Assembly (NCBI GenBank): GCA_024679065.1
Contig: JAGIQG010000014.1
Span: 32,550,001-32,614,000, forward strand
Direction of reading: 5' to 3'
Origin: Sphyrna mokarran
Taxonomy: Eukaryota
DNA: 64,000 bases
Shown here: piece by piece, positions 14,393 through 26,632 of the stretch
Numbering within the stretch: position 1 is the stretch's first letter
Layout of the letters: each line of letters starts with the position of its first letter
Made by a program: the position numbers and the translations under genes
The notes under the pieces: generated by a model
What the model was told of the DNA's origin: nothing
What the model saw: the letters and a program-made list of their open reading frames with translations, nothing else
Database searches by the model: none

Positions 14393-16672
14393 AACATAAG
14401 AACTAGAAGCAAGAAGAGTAGGCCATCTGACCCCTCGAGCCTGCTCCACCATTCAATAGAATCATGGCTGATCTTTTTGTTCAAAAATTTATCTATTCTT
14501 GCCTTAAAATTATTCAATGAGGTAATCTCGAGTGTTTAACTGGGCAGGAAATTCCAGATTCATAACCCTTTGTGTGAAGAAGTTCTTCCTCAACTCAGTC
14601 CTAAATCTGTTTCCCTTTATTTTGAGGTTATGCCCCCTAGTTCTAGTTTCACCCGTCAGTGGAAACAACTACCCTGCTTCAATCTTAACTATTCCCTTCG
14701 TAATCTTATGTATTTCTATGAGATCTCCCCTCATTCTTCTGAATTCTAATGAGTATAGCCCCAGTCTACTTAGTCTCTTCTCATAAGCCAACCCTCTCAA
14801 CTCCGGAATCAACCTTGTGAATCTCCTCTGCACCTCCTCCTGTGCTAGTATATCCTTTCTCAAGTAAGGAGACTAAAACTGTATACAGTACTCCAGGTGT
14901 GGCCTCACCAGCATCTTATACAGCTTCAACATAACCTTGCTGTTTTTCAACTCCATCTCTCTAGCAATAAAATACAAAATTCCATTTGCCTTTTTAATTA
15001 TCTGCTGCTCCTGCAAACCAACTCCTTGAAACTCCTGCACAAGATCCTTCTGCACAGCAGCATGCTGCAATTTTTGGCCATGTAAATAATAGTCCATTTT
15101 GTTGTTATTCCGACCAAAATGGATGACCTCACGTTTACCAACATTTTACTCCATCTGCCAGACTCATGTCCACTCACTTGGACGATCTATATCCCTTTGC
15201 AGCATCCTCTGCACACTTTGCTCTGCCACCCATCTTAGTGTCATCTCAAATTCTGACACACTATACTTGGTCCCCAACTGCAAATTATCCATGTAAATTG
15301 TAAACAATTGAGGTCCCAACACTGATTCCTGAGCCAACCAGAAAAACACCCATTTACCCCCACTCTTTGCTTCCTGTTAGTTAACCAGTCCTCTATCCAT
15401 GCTAATACATTACTCGTAACACCATGCGCCTTTATCTTATGTAGCCATCTTTGGTGCGGCACCTTATCAAATGTCTTCTGAAAATCCAGATACACCAGTA
15501 TCTGTTCACCAATACCATCCACAGGTTCCCCAACATCCACTGCGCATATAATGTTCTCAAAGAATTCCACCAAATTAATCAAACATGACCTTCCTTTCAT
15601 GAACCCATGCTGCATCTTACCAATGGGACAATTTATATCCAGATGTCTCGCTATTTCTTCCTTGATGATAAATTCAAGCATTTTCCCTCCTTCAGAAGTT
15701 AAACTAACCGGCCTATAGTTACCTGCCTTTTGTCTATCTCCTTTTGTAAACAGTGGCGACATATTTGTTGTTTTCCAATCTGCGGAAACCAGCCCAGAAT
15801 CCAGCAAATTTTGGTAAATTACTACTAGTGCATTTGCTATTTCTCCGGCCATCTCTTTTGGTATCCTGGAATACATTGCATCAGGACCAGGAGACTTGTC
15901 TATCTTTAGCCCCATTAACTTGGCCAACACTACTCTTTGGTGATAATAATAGTTTCTAGGTTCTCACCTGCCATAGCCTTCCTGTCATCAATTTTTGGCA
16001 TGTTATTTGTGTCTTTCACTGTGAAGACCGACACAAAATATCTGTTCAATGCCTCAGCCATTTTCTCATTTCCAGTTATTACATCCCCTTTCTCATCCTC
16101 TAAAGGACAAATGTTTACTTTAGCCATTCTTTTTCATTTTATATATTTGTAGAAATCTGCTATCTGTTTTTATATTCTGAGCTAGTTTATTCTCATAATC
16201 CATTTTACTTTATAGCTTTATTGTGGCTTTCTGCTAACCTTTAAAGATTTCCCAATCCTCCAGGTTCCCATTAATCTTTGCCACTTTGTATGCATTTTCT
16301 TTCAATTTGATATCCTCTTTTATTTTCTTGAATATCCATTGCTGATTACCTCTTCTTCTATAGTCCTTCCTTATCACTGGGATAGACATTTGCTGAATAC
16401 TGTTAAAGATTGCTTTGAAAGTCCTCCACTGTTTCTCAATTATCCCACCATAAAGTTTTTGCTCCCTATCTATCTTAACCAACTCCTCCCTCATCCCTTT
16501 GTAATCTCCTTTGTTTAAGCACAAGACACTAAATTTGATTTAACTTCTCATGTTCCATCTGTATTTTAAATTCAACCATTCTGTATCTTCTGAGAGGATC
16601 TCTAATTATAAGTTCATTAATTATTCTGGTCTCATTACAAAGGACCAGATCTAGGAGAGCTTGCTCTCTTGT
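14393..16672 (-). mobile_element. CR1 LINE, 5'-truncated, degenerate ORF2
   Basis: ORF fragments with KSPGPD, NYRPVSLTS, YLDFQKTFDKV, RPHLEYCIQF; tail at 14393. Confidence 0.95.
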
Positions 16673-16849
16673 TGCAAGACCATTTTGAATGGTTATTTAA
16701 TATAATTCAAATGTGAGTAGTGGGCATGAAACTGAGGTCTCTAGGCCTGCTAGCATCTTCACCCCCAACTCCAGCAGGAATTACAATAGCTCCTGACTGA
16801 CAGGGAACTAGTGGCCTGGCCCTGCCAGAGTAGAGGTGAACTAGTGGTC

Positions 16850-17515
16850 TGACCCTGCTGGAATGAAGAGGAGAGAGCAATCTGGGCCTCCTAAGGATCA
16901 GGTAGGGGGATGCCCTCTGGACATTTGCATCTTGGCAGTGCCAGCCTGGACACCTTTGCGTTGCCTGAGTAAAGTGCCAATTCCCAAGGGGTCTACTTTT
17001 GGTGTTGGTGGGGTGGGGGGGGCCTGATTGGGATGGGTTAATTAGGGGGTCCCGCTGTCACTCTGCAGACAGGATCAGTTTGGCCACGTTGGGCGGGGGT
17101 GGATGGGTGGGGTCATGCCAGTGATCGGTGCAGTCTGGAGATCAGCTTATTTAAGGAAGGAAGAGGATCCAACAATCGGGCTGTGTTAATAGGGGGGGGG
17201 GGCACAATCCAGGGGTCACAGAGCTGACCAACCATCAAGCTGGCCAACAATCGTGAAGCCGACAGTGCGGGGCAGCTGTGCGTGTGCGATCTCAACACTG
17301 ACAGATAGGTCATGTGCATGTACCAGCTCAACACTATGCTATCGGCCTCCCGGGCTAGGAATAGGTCCTGCCCTCTGATTTTTAATTATATACACATTAA
17401 TGCACTCTATGCACTGCAGAGTGTGGGGGATTCTTTTCTGAACTCCCACTGAAAAAAAAAAGCATGAATCTCCCCAGTTTTCACGCAAATTCAACACTTA
17501 GAATTTTTTGGGGCA
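16850..17515. mobile_element. GC-rich unclassified non-autonomous repeat (related to 14300-14392 and 26633-27570)
   Basis: ccagttttcacgcaaattcaacacttagaatt resembles 27525-27558; gatttctgg...cgccagaa is shared by 14350-14385 and 26723-26757. Confidence 0.55.
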
Positions 17516-18375
17516 TCAAAAAGTAACAAGCCAACTCAAGATCACAGATGCGTGTGTTTGGATAGTACAATTATGTAGACATGCTTTTTTGGTATTGTAA
17601 TTAGTTCAGCATATAGACATGGTAACTGATTAACTACATTCACCTGACAAAAATTAAGTAACTAGAACTATTAGCTGTAATTGGATAGCAATGATTTCAG
17701 AATATATAATTGCGAATGGTATACGTAAACTACTTAAGATAACCAAAGATATAATTACTTATACGATGTATCGTTCAGAGAGTCTATATGCCACCCTGCA
17801 GAGGCAGACTTCTATGCCATGCTTGAATAAAGGCTGAGTTAAAAGAAAACTCTAAATTTTGCTGGTTTCTTGAGTGGAGCAAAATATGTGGTAGCTGGAT
17901 AGCTGTAAAGTTTCTTAGCATGGAAGAAATAAATACAATAATTGTCACGAGAGAAGAAGTATGAAAGAAGCTAATGGAACAAAGGCTGATTAGGCCCCTG
18001 GATCTGGTGGGTTGCATCCTGTGATATTAAAGGAAGTAGCTATGGAGATAGTGGATGCATTGCTAAGTAATCTTCCAAGAATTCTTAAATTCTGGAAATG
18101 TCCCAGAGTATTGGAAAACTGCCAATGTAACATTCTTAATGAAAAATGGAGGGGACAGAAAACAGATAAACTATAGGCCAGTTAGCTTAAATATTAGAGT
18201 CCATGATAAAGGATGTAATAGCAGACTCTTTAGAAACACATTATATATATAATAGAGCAGTTAGTATAGCTTCATGAGAGCAAATCGTGTCTGAAAAATT
18301 ACACCTGACAAATTTAGTAGAATTCTTTGAGATAGTTAACAAGCAGGATAAATAAAGAGGAACCAGTATCCGTCC

Positions 18376-20640
18376 ATATAATCCCTACACTACAGAAGGA
18401 GGCCATTTGGCCCATCGAGTCTGCAGCAACCACAAACCCACCCAGGCTCTAGAACATAGAACATTACAGCGCAGAACAGGCCCTTCGGCCTTCGATGTTG
18501 CGCCGACCAATTAGGAAAAAGCAATGACCCTCTAACCTAAACAATCCCCTTTTCGTCCATAAACTTATCTACTTAACCTCTTAAACGCCACCAAACTTGG
18601 CACATCTACAACTGCAGCAGGCAGGGCATTCCATACTCTTACCACCCTCTGGGTAAAGAACCTACCTCTGACATCCGTCCTATAACTACCACCCCTTAAT
18701 TTAAAGCTATGTCCCCTCGTGCTAGCTTTCTCCATCCTAGGAAAAAGGCTATCCCTGTCCACCCTATCTAAACCTCTAATCATCTTATATGTTTCGATTA
18801 GGTCCCCTCTTAGCCGCCTCCTTTCTAACGAAAACAACCTCAAATCCCTCAGCCTCTCTTCATAAGACTTGCCCTCCATACTAGGCAACATCCTGGTAAA
18901 CCTCCTCTGTACCCTCTCCAATGCCTCCACATCTTTCTTATAATGTGGGGACCAGAACTGCACACAATACTCCAAGTGCGGCCGCACTAGAGGTTTGTAC
19001 AGTTGCAACATGACGTTGCGGCTCCGAAATTCAATCCCCCTACCAATAAAAGCTAAGACTTCGTATGCCTTCTTAACAACCTTATCGACTTGATTGCCAA
19101 CTTTCAGGGATCTATGCACATATACACCAAGATCCCTCTGTTCTTCAACACTATTAAGAGTCCTACCATTATCCCTATACTCTACACATTTGTTATTCCT
19201 GCCAAAGTGAATTACCTCAAACTTTTCCGCATTAAACTCCATTTGCCACCTCTCGGCCCAGCTCTGCAACTTGTCCAAGTCTCTCTGCAAAATAGAACAC
19301 CCCTCTTCACTATCTACCACTCCTCCGACTTTGGTGTCATCCGCAAATTTACTAATCCATCCTTCAATACCCTCATCCAGATCATTTATAAAAAATTACA
19401 AACAGCAGGGGCCCCAAAACAGACCCCTGAGGCACACCACTTGTCACCGAACTCCACGATGAATAATTTCCATCAACCACCACCCTCTGTCTTCTATCTG
19501 CTAGCCAATTCCTAATCCAATGAGCTAAATCACCCTCTATCCCATACATCTGCATTTTCTGCAGAAGTCTTCCATGGGCCACCTTATCAAACGCCTTACT
19601 AAAGTCCATATATACCACATCAACCGCCTTACCCCCATCCACCTCTTTGGTCACTTTTTCAAAAAACTCAATAGGTTAGTAAGGCACGACCTACCCTTCA
19701 CAAAACCATGCTGACTATCCCCAATCAATTCATTTCTCTCTAAATAACTATAAATCCTATCCCTAATAATTCTCTCCAATACTTTGCCCACAACAGAAGT
19801 AAGACTCACTGGCCTATAATTCCCTGGAAGGTCTCTCTTCCCCTTCTTGCACAATGGGACCACATTCGCTATCCTCCAGTCCTCCGGAACCACACCCGTA
19901 ACCAACGACGACCTGAAGATCAGACCCAGAGGCTCTGCAATCGCCTCTCTTGCCTCCCAGAGAATCCTAGGGTAAATCCCGTCCGGCCCAGGGGACTTAT
20001 CTAACTCCAAACCCTCAAGAATATCTAGCACATCCTCCTTATCTACTTCAATACTTTCCAGTTTACAACCCTGTATCCCAGTGTTCTCCACAACTACATT
20101 TACATCTCCCTGCGTGAATACCGAAGATAAATATTTGTTCAGTGCCTCTCCAATCTCTTCAGGCTCCACGCACAGCTTCCCACTGCTGTCTCTGACTGGC
20201 CCTAATCTTGTCCTAACCAATCTTCTATTCTTAACATATCTAAAGAAAGCTTTAGGATTCTCCTTGATCCTATCAGCCAAAGTCTTCTCATGTCCCCTCT
20301 TAGCTCTCCTCAACTCACTCTTTAGCTCCCTCCTGGCTAATCTATAGCTATCCAGTGCACTAACTGAGCCTTCAAGCCTCATCCTGACATAAGCCTCCTT
20401 TTTCCTTTTAACCTCCTTTTTTCCTTTCTATTCCCATAACCTCACACATTTATTATTGCTCCTGACACTAGGATTAATTTAACATGGCCAATCAACCTAA
20501 CCTGGTTGGACTATGGGAGGAAACTGAAGCATCCGGAGGAAACCTATGCAGACACAGGGAGAAAGTGCAATCTCTACATTGCTGGAACTGAACCTGGGTC
20601 CCTGGTGCTGTGAAGCAGTACTATGCTACCACGGTGCCCT
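18376..20640 (-). mobile_element. V-SINE/HE1-like SINE split by a young CR1 (pieces 18376-18451 and 20427-20640)
   Basis: The halves rejoin as cccaggctcta/ttcccataacc, collinear with the intact copy at 25862. Confidence 0.85.
18452..20426 (-). mobile_element. Young CR1 LINE copy A (5'-truncated, two frameshifts in ORF2)
   Basis: ORFs 19651-20382, 19382-19654 and 18565-19320 are nearly identical to the ORF at 50581; (gttcta)n-type tail. Confidence 0.97.
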
Positions 20641-21969
20641 ATCAGATGTAATATATTTTCAAAAAATACTCAATAAGATACTGCACAAAAGATTACTTAA
20701 TAAGTGTTGGGCATAATATAGTTGTATGGGTAAAGAACTGACTAATAGAAGACAGAGTTGGATAAAAAGGGGAACTTTCAGGATGGCAATCTGTAACTAG
20801 TGGAGTGCCAAACAGATGTATGTTGAAGTCATAATTACTTGCAATATATATTAATGGCTTATATGAAAGTGAATGTACTGTTGCCAAGTTTGCGGATGAC
20901 ACAAAAAATAGGTTGGAAGATAAGTGGTGGTGAAGACACAGAGTCTACAGCGTGATACAGAAAGGTTAAGTGAGTGGGAAGAATGCTTGGGAGATGGAAT
21001 ATAATGTAGGCAAGGCAGAGTTATGCCTTTTGGTAGGAAGAATAAAGGAGCTAACTATTTTTTAAAATGGAGAAAGGCTGCATAAAGCTGCAGCACAGAG
21101 GGATTTGTGGATCCTCATACATAAAACATAAAAAGCTAGCTTGCAAGTTCAGCAGGTAATAGGGAAGGCACCTTCGCCTTTAAGTTAGAAATAGACAAGT
21201 CTTGCTAAAACAATACAAGGCATTAGTTAGACTACACCTGGAATACCGTAGTTTTGGTTCCTTTATCTAAGGAAAGATATACTGGCATTGGAGATAGTCC
21301 AGGACAAGTTCACTAGGTTCATCTCAAATATGGGGGAAAAATTGAGCACGTTGGGCCTGTACTTACTGGAGTTTATAAGAAAAATAAGATGCTACTTTAC
21401 TGAGATATACAGGATTCTCAGGGTTTGAAGGTTAGATGCTGAAAGGCTGTTTCCCATTGTGGGGACTCTAGGACCTGAGGACAATCTCAAGAGTAAGGGA
21501 TCATCCATTTAAAACAAAAGATGAGGAATCTCTTCTTTCAGAGGGAAGTGAATCAGAGGAATTCTTTACCACAGAGGGCTGTGGAGGCTGGGTCATTAAG
21601 CATGTTCAAGGCTGAGGTAGACAGATTTTTAATCAGTAAGGGAATCAAGGATTTGGGAATAAAGGAAGAAAGTGAAGTTGAGCATCATCGTATCAGATCA
21701 TTCATAATCTGAAAGGCTTACAATTGCTCCACGTCCATGATCTTATGTGATTTTCCCTTTCTAAGTAATGCTTATGTATTTTAAGCCTTTAGAACATCAG
21801 TTTACTGTTGTTTCTATTTAGATTAGTATCTCAGAAGCATATCAAATGAATTTAAAACAAATTTGATGAATCGCTCTGGTAGAGTATCTTATTAAAGTTA
21901 ATGATTGTGGTAAGCTACACTGAAGAATTTGAGGATCATCAGGTAAATAAATAGAATATAATTTCTTAC

Positions 21970-22092
21970 CAAGTGTTTCATTTAAGAGATTTTCGAGTTT
22001 TTCTAACATGCTGTTGCTTCCTTTCTCCCCCTGACTCTGTACTCGATTTACTATTTCCTGTTTTATTGAATTAATCACATAAAGCAGATGAT
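21970..22092 (-). CDS. CREBRF: CREBRF coding exon, leucine zipper end (HLLYVINSIKQEIVNRVQ...NETL/G)
   Basis: ttgcag|AT CAT...CTT G|gtaag, 123 nt, phase 1/1. Confidence 0.96.
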
Positions 22093-22777
22093 CTGCAAAG
22101 AAATATTATGAAAATTAAAAAGTTCAAACATAGATAAAAATGAATACAATAAACCTTAAACATTTGCTGTTCTGGGCCATTCATTAATAGAATATAAAAA
22201 ATATAGATTTTTTGGTTAAAAATCTTCAGGAAAACAAAACCAAGAGAAGTATACAAAAAAAAATGTCTTGTAGATTGACAAAATTCAGTAATGTCTATTC
22301 CATTATGGAGTCTCCACCTAAAGCTGGTTGAAACCACTTCTAACAACATTTTCAACAATAAAAATCAAAAATAAATGCATTCAATTTTCATTACCAATAC
22401 CTTTATCCAGTTTATACAGTTAACCTTTCAGTTAGAAATTGATTCTAGCTGTAACAGTTTGGGCATTACTACAGAAATGGTAATTATCACCTTGTTTGCT
22501 TATCAAGGACAGACACTGAAACGTGTATTTACGAATCATTACAACAGTTTTGTTGACATTATAGTCCAAACTTACTATTAGGATCATCTTATAGGAAGGG
22601 CAGGAATAGTTTTATGGGAAGCGCAAAAGCAGCTACCATATTAATAATTATCGCACTAAATCCTATGTTTGCAGAATAAAGCTAGATAACTTTACAGGTG
22701 ATTGCATCTCCTTAGAGAATCTGGAACATCTATCTTAACTTTGCATTTCATGAATTATCCCTAAGCAAGAACAAAGT

Positions 22778-22877
22778 AAGAAGTCTCACAACACCAGGTT
22801 AAAGTCCAACAGGTTTATTTGGTAGCAAAAGCTAGTGACTGAATTTACCCCAGTCCAACGCTGGCATCTCCACATCA
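22778..22877. mobile_element. Penelope-like terminal mini-element with TSD
   Basis: aagaagtctcacaacaccaggttaaagtccaacagg...; flanking duplication caagaacaaagt at 22766 and 22878. Confidence 0.7.
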
Positions 22878-23134
22878 CAAGAACAAAGTTGCAGACGTGA
22901 ACTGACGTACAATCTTGCATTGAACATATACTTCCCAGAAATATTTACTTTGGGAGGATAGAACTTGCCAAAAGAAACCATGCTGAGATAAAACACAGCT
23001 TTAGCAAACAATTCAAACAAAATTTAGAATAGAATCCAAACCAGGTGCAGTCTGCATTATTGCTGTATTTTATCTTCCTTCAACAATCTAGCCATTTCTC
23101 GCAGCATTCGCAGAGAAATAAGTCCGTATGACTC

Positions 23135-24180
23135 TTTTTCAGGAAGGTCTGAAATCATAAGGACTCAAAACATTAACTTTGTTTCTTTCGCCACAGATGC
23201 TGCCAGGCTTGCTGATTTTATGCAGCATTTTCTGTTTTTATTTCATTTTTTCAGCATCTGCATTATATTGTTTTAATTTGCTTTCATTTTTAAAATGGAA
23301 CCGGATTAAATTCTGCGTTATCTTTACTGGGTACACAATGCAGAGCCACTGAATAAACTAACCACTTGTTGGAGCTTCAGCAGAGGGTATCATTTGAAAC
23401 GAATGAATTTAAACACTGAAGAACGTACTAACTCCATCAGAAAACTCAACACTGAGCAATGAGAATGAGCTCCCAGACAACAATTGCAAATTCTTTTCTC
23501 TCCGGTGGAGGAGCAGACATTCTTGGCTACTCTGTCAGTAAAAATATTGTGATTTAAAATGTGTCATTCTAAAAATCTCAGAAGCTCTAAATATATGCTG
23601 TATTATTACTATATACTGGTGAATCTTTGATGGCCTTGCAGGAAGTCAATTAGAAGGAATAGTATGCCTTACCTTATTTATTTTATCAGGTTGCAAGATT
23701 ACAGAGCAATACAGTTACTATTACAACATAGACCCAGTCCACTGAAATTAATTCATATGATATAAAATTGGATGTATGTTAATCTATTACAGATTTATTC
23801 AGGGAAAAGTATGCACGATGGAATAGAACTTCTTAAAATAAGAAGGAAGAATTATGGTTCATTTAGCTATTGTAAATGCAATATAAAGTAGTGTAGGTAC
23901 TAGAAATCTGAAATATAAACTGAAAATGCTACAAAAACTCAGCTGGTCTGGCAGAACTGAGAGAAACAGTATTAACATTTTAGGTTGGTGATCCTTACCC
24001 ATCATAGACTATCCCATTCTGTTCTTCCCTCAGCCCCTGACTTAAGCGTGGTTTAAGAACTAATTTCTAAATGCTCCCATTCTGGCAAGCATCAGAGGTC
24101 TGAACCATTAGTTGTGTTTCTCTCTTGCTACAGATGCTGCTAGTTTGTATTTCCAGCATTTATTTTCTGTTTTATTGCAA
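23135..24180. mobile_element. Cluster of degenerate Penelope-like terminal repeats (23135-23280 +, 23880-24005 -, 24075-24180 +)
   Basis: Shared ttaact.tgtttct...cagatgctg...cagcatttt motif; another copy at 53055-53190. Confidence 0.6.
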
Positions 24181-24223
24181 GTACAAATAACTTAAACAAA
24201 ACATACTTTAACTATTATCTTAC

Positions 24224-24297
24224 CATATTCAGTATTGAGACCCCATAATTTTACTTTATTAGCTTCATATTGAGCCTTTTTCTTCAAGCGGCAAGCC
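24224..24297 (-). CDS. CREBRF: CREBRF coding exon, bZIP ([25 protein letters not shown])
   Basis: ctgcag|G GCT TGC...TAT G|gtaag, 74 nt, phase 2/1. Confidence 0.97.
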
Positions 24298-25019
24298 CTG
24301 CAGATAAAAATACATAATTAGGAGACACTTAGATCACAAATAGTTATTATTGAAACTTAAGTTTGTTATTTGGGAACTTCAGGTGAATGTTGTCAGTAAC
24401 AAAAAATGAAATGAATTTCCATTTTGAGCATTTTCAGTGTCAGCTTTGAGTACTCCCAATTCAGTATAATCAGCTAATCAAAGACAGAATTCTAACTACC
24501 AGAAGCACATACAGCCAAAACTGTTGTAAAAGTAAAATCAGTCAAGTAGTTCTTCTTGCTCCTGTATAAGGCCTGCCTTGTTTGAATGTGAACACGAGAA
24601 GAGTTACACTATAGTGACATTAATCTATTATTTGATTCTTCTCTTTGTAACGTACTGCACAGAGATAGGGAATTAGTCCATTATTTGTTTTCATAGGTGA
24701 CTCTGAATCAAGAGATTAATCAGATTCATTACATAAAGCTGCTAAATAACAAATATTATTTCAGGGAGAACTGAACAACATATTTAAATCTCAATTCAAT
24801 GCATGAAAATCTAGAGATCTAGAAAAATGAAGAATTTGCTTGCTGAACTGCTTAAGATTATGAATATCAATACCATAGAAGTCAGGAAACTGCCACATTT
24901 GATTCCTAGTCTAAGCTATGTTAACTGCTCTAATCCACCATGGGCCTTTAGAGCCAACATGCATCTGTGATGGGTAATGGATTTCCAATAAAACACGTTT
25001 TAATTAGTAGTAACCAAAG

Positions 25020-25680
25020 TAGGAAACAAAAGAATATCTATGGAGATGGGTTATGTATAGACTTACAGAAGGCAGTCAATAAAGTTCCACATAAAAGATC
25101 ATAAACTAAAATTAAAGCACATGGACATGAAGGCAAATTATTGATCTGGTTAGGAAATTGGTTAGGTGATAATGGACACACAATAGGAATAAAAGCAATG
25201 TATTCGAATTAGAAGGAATAACTGTTGAGCCATTAACTATTTTCCAAATTTGGTAATGACTTAGATAATGCAATAGATAGGACTTCCCAGGTCACTGAGA
25301 TTGGTGCCAAAGTAAATTATGTAGGTGGAAGCATTAAATTACAAGTAACATGGATAGGCTAAATGACAGTTAAGAAGTCTCACAACATCAGGTTAAAGTC
25401 CAACAGATTTATTTGGTAGTACAAACTTGTACTTGTGCTACCAAATAAACCTGTTGGACTTTAACCTGGTGTTTTGCGACTTTTTACTGTGCTTAATCCA
25501 GTCCAATGTCGGCATTTCCACATCTAGGCTAAATGAGTCAGGGCAACTATGTTAGATGGATTTCAATAGAAGCCAATTGTGAGATTAGCAATTTTGGACC
25601 AAAAAAGGAGAGATTCAACTTGTTTTTAAAATTGTAAAAGTGATTTCAGGGTACACATACATCGTTCGCCAAAATGTAGT
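25020..25680 (+). mobile_element. Highly degenerate CR1 RT fragment
   Basis: YIDLQKAVNKVPHKR, LI.LGNWL remnants. Confidence 0.7.
25367..25524. mobile_element. Palindromic Penelope-like mini-element with 12-bp TSD
   Basis: ~58-bp inverted arms; taggctaaatga at 25355-25366 and 25525-25536. Confidence 0.8.
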
Positions 25681-25861
25681 ATATTGAGCTGTGTAGTGAT
25701 TTGGATAGAGTAAAACAGAGGATGATAAGGAGGGACAGAACATTTGACAGTAAAAGTGCACCACTGAATACAGTCAAATCAGGAAATATAACAAGTTAAA
25801 ATTGATAGCCCACACTCAATGCATAAAGCACTCTCAACAACAGACAAATCCACAGCACAAT

Positions 25862-26215
25862 TAGAATCATAGAAACCCTACAGTGCAGAAAGAGGTCATT
25901 TGGCCCATTGAGTCTGTACCAACACAATCCCACCCAAGCCCTAGCCCCATATCCCTACAATATTTATCTGCTAATCCCTCTATCCTACACATCTCAGAAC
26001 ACTAAGGGGTAATTTTAACATGGCCAATCAACCTAACTCACACATCTTTGGACTACGGGAGGAAACCGGAGCACCCGGAGGAAACCCACCCAGACAAGGG
26101 GAGAATGTGCAAACTCCACACAAACAGTGACCCAAGCTGGGAATTGAACCCAAGTCGGGAATCGAACCCAAGTCTCTGCAACTGTGAAGCAGCAGTGCTA
26201 ACCATTGTGCTATCA
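25862..26215 (-). mobile_element. Full-length V-SINE/HE1-like SINE
   Basis: tRNA head with duplicated B-box region, V-like core, CR1-shared tail. Confidence 0.9.
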
Positions 26216-26632
26216 TACAGTCCGTGCCTTATTAGAGATGAATGGATTAGATCTAATAGATTTGCTGAATCATAGTTGCATGGTGACCAAGGTTAGGAAC
26301 TACATTTCCCATAGCATTTGATGCATCAAAAAAAAAGACAAAATGGAAAAGGAGCAGTAATGATGGCAAAAATGATATAATGGTAATACTGAAGAAGGAA
26401 CTTGGCTCAGAACATCACAATGGATAATTACCATGAATGGAGAGAGGAAATAACAAGGAACAGAAAATACTGGTGATAGAGTTTGCTGGCCCCTTAACAG
26501 CAGCTAATGTGCTATATAGAGGAGTAATCAAGATATTGAAGAGCTTGTAATAGAGACAATACAATATCTGTGCAGGTCTTCAATTTTCACATAGACTGAC
26601 AAATGAAATTGTAGACTGAGTTCAGAACACAG

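Larger units (their letters stand above)
13494..17920 (+). mobile_element. Ancient Gypsy-type LTR element remnant: 5' LTR 13494-14016, tRNA-Ser PBS 14019-14036, partial 3' LTR 17519-17920
   Basis: Two diverged ~400-500 bp direct repeats ending ctggatagctgt.aagtttct(t)a.ca; tggcaacaaggatgggat is a CpG-decayed TGGCGACGAGGATGGGAT. Confidence 0.8.
13345..21750 (+). mobile_element. Old CR1 LINE split into three pieces (13345-13493, 17921-18372, 20641-21750) by nested insertions
   Basis: The pieces are collinear along CR1 ORF2 (tether, RT, 3' tail). Confidence 0.8.
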
